Shown piece by piece: positions 21,661 to 29,505 of a DNA stretch of 29,505 nt. The notes under the pieces were generated by a model. It saw nothing but the letters and a program-made list of their open reading frames with translations. It did no database searches and had not been told where the DNA came from. The DNA comes from Adineta steineri (lineage: Eukaryota): positions 79,063 to 108,567 of the forward strand of contig CAJNOI010000231.1 of NCBI GenBank assembly GCA_905250115.1, written 5' to 3'. Position 1 is the stretch's first letter, and every line of letters starts with the position of its first letter. Both the position numbers and the translations under genes were made by a program.

Positions 21661-21923
21661 AGCATGACTTTGAGATTATGGACGTATATATGTGTGAATT
21701 TGACATAGAATGTGGCTGCATCATTTTGCATTACAATTGTTATTTTCTATCATAAAATACCATAGGATGAATAACAATATTTTTATTCTTTTCTGCTTCT
21801 TCCGTTCTTCACCTTGTTACTAGCTTGCACGAAAGAAAAAGCCAACACGATACGCATTTATTTTTCACTTAAGTATAAAAGTAAACGAAGAAATAGTTTT
21901 TATAAGCATAATTTTTGAAAACT

Positions 21924-23739
21924 ATGTCGATGAATCAACAATCATTACTTCCAACGTTACCTGTAGAAATTGTCTATTATATTTGCGATTGTCTTGATGC
22001 AAAAACAATACTAGTATCATTTCGCAATATATGTCGTCGATTACGAAACATTATAAACAACTATGATAATTACATTCTTGATTTTACAAACACTTCACAA
22101 TCAGACTTTCGACTTATTTGTCATTTAATTAATCCTCAACGAGTTAAATCATTAACACTCTCTCAACAAACTACAACATTCGATCAAACTATATTCTTCG
22201 ATAAACAATTTCATGTGAAAGATTTCAGCCGACTTCGTTCTCTAACATTAATTTCAATTAAAGAAAGTCGATTGAGAGCAGTTTTAAAGCATATTAACAT
22301 ATCATCACTTGTTTCATTTTCACTTGAAATCGGGGAACATAAAAAGCAACACGATCATGTAACAGCGACTGTTCTTACATCAATACTCACACGAACTAGT
22401 CTTCACAAACTCGCACTTAACATTGAACCAAATCGTATAGAAGCTATCGAATGGCCTGATCCATGTACGATTGAAGAACTAAAAATTGACAAGTGTATAA
22501 GTTTCGATTCCATTAGGCGAATTCTTCGTCATCTGCCTCGTTTGAGAACACTTATTATCGATTGTTATTCAATAAAAACTATTCATCCAACGAATTTGAC
22601 AGCTTACTGTCGTCAATTAACTTCAGTATCATTGGAAAAATTGGATATGAATATTGCTGATCTTGAATTTCTACTTCAGTCTATGACATCATTAACTGAT
22701 TTGAAACTTACTGGCAATGGAAACTACTTTGATGGTCATCGTTGGGAAAAATTTATTCAAACAAATCTACTTGGATTGAAGAAATTTCAATTTTATTTCA
22801 GTGATTATCAAGATGATCAATTGAATTATCCTGATATTGAACAGATTATTCGATCATTTCAAACTCCGTTTTGGATCCAATTAAAAAAATGGTTTGTCAT
22901 TTGTGAGTGCAATATCAATATACCAGAATGGATCAAACTCTATTCAATACCTAATTGTATGGCGAAAGTCAATTCAAAAGTCGAACCAATAAATATTTCT
23001 CTATCAACTCTGAGTACAGCAATTGATACGGACGCACCCATAGTAGTCAATACCGACTATATATGTTTCAATTTTAAAAAATTGGCATCGAGTGACATTG
23101 AACAACAGGTAAAAATATCAAGATCAATCAATAGTCAACAGTGAATTAGTTTGATTTTATTTTTTTTACTTTTAGCGAGAACCAAAACCTTATCCTTTAC
23201 TGCGCACAAAAAACTATCTTGCACTTCTATTTGGTTCAGAACGACCTGTTGACTGGATTCCATTTATTTCGTTGTTTATCGATTTGACAACAATCACAAA
23301 AATTGCACTGGGAGGACGACTGATTTCTGCGGCCAATCAATCCATACTTGATGATATCAAAATTTTGCTTCAACAAGCATGTCATGTTAATTTGGTTTTG
23401 CTACGTGATACACCATTAAATCAGGAACCACTCTTATTAACAGCAAATAATATTTGTTATATAATACCAACTCATATTCGATGCTTGAGAGTGACAATTA
23501 AGGATATGAGTGAAGCCAAAATTATTCTCGAACGACTTACACATGTGTCTAGTGCTCGTTTCTACTTCGATCATACACCATGTTGCGATGAATTTCAGCA
23601 ATGGTTTGAAAGTAAAAATCTATCATACCAGATAGAGCCTTCTTTTGTATCCGTACGTCGTAAAAAGATCAGCGTACCATCAAATAAACAAAACGTAGGT
23701 AACAAACGGATCAAACTTACTGATAATCATCATGACTAA
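21924..23739 (+). CDS. F-box/LRR-like protein, two exons: join(21924..23108,23176..23739)
   Basis: N-term LLPTLPVEIVYYICDCLDAKTILVSFRNICRRLRNII is F-box-like, followed by LRR-like segments. The 67-nt intron GTAAAAAT...TTTTAG joins DIEQQ-REPKPYPLLRTKNYLALLFGSERPVDWIPFISLFIDLTTIT in frame; total 1749 nt (582 aa + stop). Confidence 0.85.
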
Positions 23740-24057
23740 TGACTTTCGAGATATTTTTCATCATTTTAAACCAGAATCATCAGCATAAATTTCCGTGCTG
23801 TCGATGCAGACGATCGTATTAAAAACAGACAACCTAATACATAATTACCAGGTTATTTGTTTTTTCGTGCTATTTATTTTTAATAATGATAAAGCTACTA
23901 TTGGAATTCCCGTCTTAAAAATGGATGAATGTGTTCGCGCAAGTTTTGTAGTAATTGATTGAGCTTTTAAGTTGTATGGAAGTGTGATTAAATTTTATTT
24001 TGCCGCTTAAACACTTTGTTCATCTCGTCATACAAAAAGTATCTTCTAGATTCAAGG

Positions 24058-24119
24058 GCGGGAGTGGGTGAGGGTGTGGGTGGGTGTTAGTGACCGAGCA
24101 AATAAATACCCACACCCAT
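24058..24119. repeat. Degenerate telomere-like hairpin (gggcgggagtgggtgagggtgtgggtggg ... tacccacacccat)
   Basis: Direct reading. Confidence 0.6.
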
Positions 24120-24222
24120 AGATACGAATATTTTGGCGGTATAATATTAACGATGAGTTACACGGCCTCATGAACTAAAAGAGTAAAAATAATAGACTAC
24201 AACAACGAAGAGTACAATGTTA

Positions 24223-25410
24223 TTAAAGAATTTGACACTGAGACCAGCAACTTGTAGTAGAGGTGAAAACCAAAGTGTTCGGTGGATGTTCTCCGTGAAA
24301 GCCATGTTGTTCGAGCGAGATAACGTATTTTTTCGATGCCGATTCTCGTTTCACTTGTGTGATAATGAAGATAAATCCGTTTCTCAGCAATTGTTCTTCT
24401 TCATCAGGTATTTTTGAGTAGGGAGAAATATCTATGTTCCAGGCATTCGTTTGTATTTCAAAGAGAACATTGCCATATATTTCGGCTACCTCTCGATTTC
24501 GACTAGTTGATGTGAATGCTGGAAAGACTCCTGATCGACCAACGGCTTTTCGAAATTGACGGATATGCTTTTTGGTTAAATTTGCTCCTCGATAGACAGT
24601 TCCTTTGAAAGGAGTAGTAATCTTACACCCTATAAACAAGCACGCTTCCATAAGATCGATAAATGGTTTCACCTCGAACCGTTTACATGCAAAGAGTAAT
24701 CGTTCATATTCTTCCTTGCTATAAGCAAGTCTCATCACTTCGTTCAAGTTTTTGTAAAGAAAACTCGGCATTGAATATAGTAGCAGACAGCATTCAATTA
24801 TTTCTTCGAGGGATGCATGACTGACCGTAAGTAATTGTTCGGCCATCCACTCGCCCTCTCGCTGTCTACGCATCCTATACCCTTCATCAACGATACATTG
24901 AGCAGCTTTTTCAACCAGATGGGAACGCTTTCTTTCATCGCCAAGAAAAATCGACAATTCATCGCGGTGAATATATGATGATCCTTTCGAGATATCTGCA
25001 AACGTGCCCACATCCATGTCCGCAAATGCGTGCTTCATATTTATGGGAATGTAGAACAATGGTTCTTCTTTTAACATGTGTCCTTCCTTCTTTTCGAGTT
25101 CGACTACCGTTCTCTTGACAGACCGTTGATCGTTCGGGCTGTCATTCAAGATGTGCAGAGAGTTTTTGAAATTAATACAGTAGTCGTCAAGCAAAACTTC
25201 TTCCTTTCCGGCCTGAAAGGCGTGTTCAATCATTTCGTTTTCGATTTCTGTGTATGGGCACCAATCTTCTTGAATCTTCGAAGACCAAAGTTCGGTATTT
25301 GACTTCCATAACCACTCGACAACGTGGCGCCGTGTGATGGCAGTAGGAAGAGAGTCAGAAACATTAGACGCTGCATTAATACAATCAGGAACAGTAATCT
25401 TCTGATCCAT
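24223..25410 (-). CDS. WWE domain + arginine-type ADP-ribosyltransferase protein
   Basis: 395-aa ORF. The N-terminal WWE-like segment is LWSSKIQEDWCPYTEIENEMIEHAFQAGKEEVLLDDYCINFKNSLHI...RSVKRTV. ART motifs in order: GTVYRGANL (R), FPAFTSTS (S-T-S), IPDEEEQLLRNGFIFII (ExE). Confidence 0.88.
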   Translation of the reverse strand: MDQKITVPDCINAASNVSDSLPTAITRRHVVEWLWKSNTELWSSKIQEDWCPYTEIENEMIEHAFQAGKEEVLLDDYCINFKNSLHILNDSPNDQRSVKRTVVELEKKEGHMLKEEPLFYIPINMKHAFADMDVGTFADISKGSSYIHRDELSIFLGDERKRSHLVEKAAQCIVDEGYRMRRQREGEWMAEQLLTVSHASLEEIIECCLLLYSMPSFLYKNLNEVMRLAYSKEEYERLLFACKRFEVKPFIDLMEACLFIGCKITTPFKGTVYRGANLTKKHIRQFRKAVGRSGVFPAFTSTSRNREVAEIYGNVLFEIQTNAWNIDISPYSKIPDEEEQLLRNGFIFIITQVKRESASKKYVISLEQHGFHGEHPPNTLVFTSTTSCWSQCQIL

Positions 25411-25894
25411 GAGAACGTAGAGTGATGCTCAAGTTGATCTAAAGCAAGGAAATAAAATAAAACTGTAGTGGTTAGGTTCGAAATTTCATACATTGGTTTA
25501 TTATATTTTAATCTGAATGAAGAGAAAAAGAACATTGTTTCCACCAGAAATGGGGCCTAAGGAGACTGAAAGGTCACCCGTAAATCAATAGAATTATCCT
25601 GTAATGTAATTAATGGCGGAACTACTTGTGGGAATTAAGGACAAGGGAGAATAAGCGGCAGGCGCGGCGCGAAGAGGTAAAAGCGGGGGGTGTTTTATAA
25701 AATGGAAGGAGATTTCAAAAATCACTTCGGAAATGAGAAATCAGTGATAATATATATTTAAAAAAATGTTTATTTTGTTTCACTTGTTCAATAGTGTATT
25801 TAATTAAAGCTATTTGTAAAAAAGCAAAAATGTCCACAAGAGCATAAACCAGCTATATTCTACAATTACTCTAAAATGTACTTTATCCATAATC

Positions 25895-25973
25895 GGAGAA
25901 AATTCGATTTACATTTGTCTAAAGTGAAACAAATTGTACGTTATAACTTATACGTAAATCGAAAATTTTCTCC
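25895..25973. repeat. Imperfect inverted repeat GGAGAAAATTCGATTTAC ... GTAAATCGAAAATTTTCTCC
   Basis: Arms at 25895..25912 and 25954..25973, differing by a 2-nt indel. Confidence 0.7.
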
Positions 25974-26059
25974 CAAATTGAAGGTGCTCGGAAATATATT
26001 TCCTCTGAAATCGAACGACATTCAAAATATATGTCCTCATAAAAAAAGAGAAAATTTGA

Positions 26060-26124
26060 GGAGGTGAGTGTGGCTGTGGCTGAGGGCGTCCTTTCTTTCA
26101 TCGCCCACACCCACCCTCAAGATG
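26060..26124. repeat. Degenerate telomere-like hairpin ending CCCACACCCACCCTCAAGATG
   Basis: Direct reading. Confidence 0.65.
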
Positions 26125-27149
26125 ATACAAAAAGTTTACTGATTTTGTATAAAAGAGATGTTTTCCCCTAGCTAAATTCTATAATTGAATTCGCCAGTAG
26201 AGACCGCGTGAATGACTAATTGTGCCAAGAAAATAGATGGACATCCTTTCAAATAATCATCTCCCCCTTCTTTTTCGCTTTACCACATTTATCTTTCTCT
26301 TGTTCTTGTTCTTTTTCTTTTCATGTTCTGCTTCTTTGATATAGTCAGTCTTAACACGAATACAAGGAACGAAGGTTGACTTAACGCAGTCATAGATAAG
26401 TTATTCTGAATTGTATTTGGAGACTGGAAGCCGGAATAGAGTTTGAACCATAAGCTCAATTAAGAAGCAATAGAAACTAAGTTAATACATTTATTTTTAT
26501 ATTTTTCTTTTCTTTATTCAATAAAAGATTTATATTCATTATTTATATAAATTATTCTTAATTTCGTTACACTAATAATTGAGGGTATATGATGAGTTTT
26601 GGCATGAAGAAATATGTACAAGAAAATCGTGGAAAAAAATTGTACAATGTGTGCAAAATCTACTGCTATTGCTCAAGAAAACTGGAATTTCTGGTTATTA
26701 GGAGTGAAAAAGGGGTACATTGCAACTTCCACGCGCAGCCACTACCAACTAGTGTGGTTGAACAATTAAACCGTTTACAAAGTTTGTGTATAGGTAGCCT
26801 CGATTGGCGCAAAAAGTACTTTGAAACCTTCGTATAGTTCTCTGCCGCACCGTTCCAGAAATAAGAAAAAGAGAAACGCCATAAAAAAGATCGAGATGTA
26901 GAAGACGAAATTGTACAAACGAACATCGCATTGTAATTCAGTGGATAATGAAGAGAATCCTATGAATTTTTTACTCCATAAAACTCCCTATAAAGCAAAA
27001 CACATTTTAGTAATTAAACTTTTGACTTCCAATACAATACCAGAATACACCATACAACGAAGAAGAGAAAAACGAGAGTAGTTTCGAATATGACAGCAAT
27101 CTCATAATAACACAGCTCTTTATGTTTAGAGTACCACGAACACAAAACC

Positions 27150-27404
27150 TTAAAGATAAAAAACAACAGAAAACAAACAAAAGTAGGTTAGAGCTTTTGG
27201 AAAGCATCTTACAACACAAACAATCATAAGATAGCTGCTAAGTCCGACAGCGCTGAAGATAATCAACCACGTTAACAATCTAGGTTCATCGGGGCATTGA
27301 TTATTTAGTGTTACTCTGATGATCAGTGCGACAATAAAGATGGTCCACCATATAATAGTATATACCAAATATTTCACACGGGTGGAAGTGGAAGAGCACT
27401 CCAT
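27150..27404 (-). CDS. Small hydrophobic membrane protein (84 aa)
   Basis: MECSSTSTRVKYLVYTIIWWTIFIVALIIRVTLNNQCPDEPRLLTWLIIFSAVGLSSYLMIVCVVRCF.... The longer ORF in the track runs into a C-rich telomere-like array, so the Met at 27404 is preferred. Confidence 0.5.
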   Translation of the reverse strand: MECSSTSTRVKYLVYTIIWWTIFIVALIIRVTLNNQCPDEPRLLTWLIIFSAVGLSSYLMIVCVVRCFPKALTYFCLFSVVFYL

Positions 27405-27513
27405 TTCGAAAACACGTTGCAAACAAATCCCTTTGTAACTATGAAAAGTAATTTGAAAGTAAAAAAGTGATAGATCATAGTCAGTCAATGAGAATCTGCC
27501 CCATTGTTTGAAA

Positions 27514-27650
27514 TCTTGAGGGTGGGGGTGTGGGTGTGTATATCTTGGCGTGTTAGTTTGAGTGTTGGAAGTATGGGTATGAGTGTGAGAGTGCCAAGAC
27601 GGATGATATATAATCATACCTAAGCCTACACCTACACTTACACACGCATC
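27514..27650. repeat. Telomere-like hairpin element with left end CTTGAGGGTGGGGGTGTGGGTGTG and degenerate C-rich right side
   Basis: Direct reading. Confidence 0.65.
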
Positions 27651-29452
27651 CATACCGTCAAACGAGAACTTACTGGAATATAAAAATGGTCAAACCGTGC
27701 AGATGATTGTGCTTTTTCTTCAGTTATTTCTTGGTTCGTAACGTATTACCTGAAATGAATAGGTATAATGAACGTGATAATTACAGCTCACTTCTTGACA
27801 TGCACAAGAAATCTGAAATAGGAAAATGATATCTAAAGTCTTATGGAAAGGACTTCATATAGATAATAGTTTCAAAAAATAATAGTGCAATAATACAAAG
27901 GACACCAAAGCCTATCTTTGAATTCATGAACCGCCATTGATAAAGCCGAACGGCTTGTCCCCACGTAGCGCGATTACGTTTTTGACACACTTTTCTTCAA
28001 TTATCTTGGAAAGTTTAATAGCGAGGAAGTTAGTTGAAACACCACTCGGCGCAGCTTATCGAACTCAATTAATGGTATAAAAAGAATATTTTTTTGGCTG
28101 AAGTCTCGGACATCTAGAAAGGTTTTATCATCGCGTAATGTTGTTACATAAAAAGACTCTCTTTAGTCAGTGCCACTGAGAATACTCTAGTTTCTTGCGA
28201 CACATTTTGTCTAAATAAAATCCTCTTAGAGCCACTTCTGTAGAGTTTTGAATGTGCTTTACAAAGGCAAAAACAGTTTTCTTTCAGCTATTTTTATTTT
28301 TGTCAAAAATGCAAAACACAACCTAACGCTGTTACGCAGTTTGTCGGCAGCTATTTTTGAGGTAGCTAATATCGTCAAAATGATTTGATTTTTGTAATGA
28401 TTAGTCTTTACTGTGTAATTAAGCGTCCTACGAAAGAATCAGATTGATTCATCGGCATGAGAGCTCAAAAACTGAACAACAAGTTGGAAACTGTATAAGA
28501 GACTAAAAGTTGTTCCTAGCTACCAAATCCCAATCCAAATAAGCCATTTTGTAGAGAACAAAATTTTCATTGAACCGTATATTTTTCGGCATTACTTGAG
28601 AAACTTTCTTGATTAGAAAACTCGAAGTACACTTTTTGAAAAGTTCAAAATTCAGTTTTCGATGAAAAAAAATCTGTCTTTTTTCCTAGAAATAAGTGGC
28701 GGCTTCGTAATCAGCGTTGAAATTTATTGAACTCGAAAAAAACATTTTTCAAAGTTTAATCAGCGAAGTGGCGCGTTCCGTGCTAAAGCCGCGAAACTGC
28801 GTGGGTACGCGATAGGCTTCATAATTTCAGAAACCAAGTCTTATCCAATGAACCGTTTAACATAAAACCGCTCATATATAGCTTTGGTTTTCGCGGTTTT
28901 GTGTGAACTAATTCTTGTGGATAATGTATAAGTATCCGAACCTGTAACTCAACAAACACCATTCAAAAACAAACTACAGTTTATTCTTGTCATAAACTCT
29001 GATCTTTGACTTACTTAGAATGAATACGACTTGTTTGTGAAATGCGGCCTGTGCGACAGGTTTACGTCTACAAACGGTTTCAAACAAAACCCTGTATTTA
29101 GTAAACGGCAAAAGTCACAAATGTTAAATAGTGCTCAGATTTATGTGGTAGTGAAGATAATATGAAATTCAGAGCTTCTAAATATATGCGGCAAATGTAC
29201 ACGTTTTATGCGAGGGTTGTGTGGAATTTGAAGAGCATGCACAACACATTACAGCGAGAAAAAAGCCAATCGCACAGCAGAAATGAAAGAAAAAGAATTT
29301 CGTATTACCTTTTCTTTTATTTGCGATGTTTGTGAGATGACAAAAGACAAATGTACTTTTTGTGAGAGAAATGTGCATAATTTATGTGAGGATTATGCGA
29401 AGTTTGTAGAGCGCGCACAGCACATAGAGTGGGGAAGAATCCAGTAGCGCAA

Positions 29453-29491
29453 GGGTGGATGTGGGTGTGGGTGAGTGTGGATGTGGATGTC
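29453..29491. repeat. G-rich telomere-like tract at the window end (gggtggatgtgggtgtgggtgagtgtgg)
   Basis: Direct reading; right side may continue outside the window. Confidence 0.6.
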
Positions 29492-29505
29492 AGCGTATGT
29501 ACATA

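Noticed and set aside
24217-25544. ORFs 24217..24417 (+), 24798..25025 (-), 25078..25302 (+) and 25230..25544 (-) overlapping the WWE-ART gene
   Set aside because: Shadow ORFs or alternate frames of a well-supported CDS.
26589-26837. 82-aa ORF MMSFGMKKYVQENRG...
   Set aside because: No recognisable family; insufficient support for a CDS.
27405-27653. N-terminal extension MDACVSVGVGLG... of the small membrane ORF
   Set aside because: It translates a C-rich telomere-like hairpin; the internal Met at 27404 is more credible.
1-29505. CRISPR array, prokaryotic operon or phage defence system
   Set aside because: The regular repeats are telomere-like microsatellite/hairpin arrays without unique equal-length spacers. 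Introns and gene families are clearly eukaryotic.
1-29505. Being at the actual chromosome terminus
   Set aside because: Arrays are short, interstitial and in both orientations with genes between. They do not show a terminal unidirectional array, so only a subtelomeric-like or accessory region can be suggested.

Overview
The window reads as eukaryotic DNA. It is AT-rich with short (~58-113 nt) GT..AG introns, and it is studded with TGTGGG / CCCACA-type repeats, the motif known as the telomeric repeat of bdelloid rotifers. The protein-family content fits a bdelloid rotifer accessory or subtelomeric-like region: F-box, FG-GAP/VCBS repeats, ADP-ribosyltransferases (ARTs), RING-TRAF and EGF-7TM. 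Genes I can support: (1) an F-box + LamG-like ORF with a C-terminal CaaX box; (2) a 21-repeat FG-GAP gene with a transmembrane segment, which by in-frame splicing appears to be the C-terminal part of one gene whose N-terminus is an R-S-E ART; (3) a hypothetical protein; (4) a three-exon C39/papain-like cysteine peptidase-like gene; (5) a RING + TRAF-type zinc-finger protein with a multi-pass membrane tail; (6) an EGF-like/7TM receptor interrupted by a 189-bp hAT-like MITE with a perfect 8-bp TSD; (7) an F-box/LRR-like two-exon gene; (8) a WWE + ART protein; (9) a small membrane protein. The two leading observations are the predicted ART-TM-beta-propeller receptor-like fusion (2196..6705) and a dispersed family of short hairpin elements. 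The hairpin arms are telomere-like (CTTGAGGGTGTGGGTGTGG ... CCACACCCACACCCTCAAG). Several copies share a spacer core (ATGATAMTCTTCTC), which suggests a mobile or MITE-like family rather than random telomeric debris. No database searches were run; all family calls are from motif recognition.
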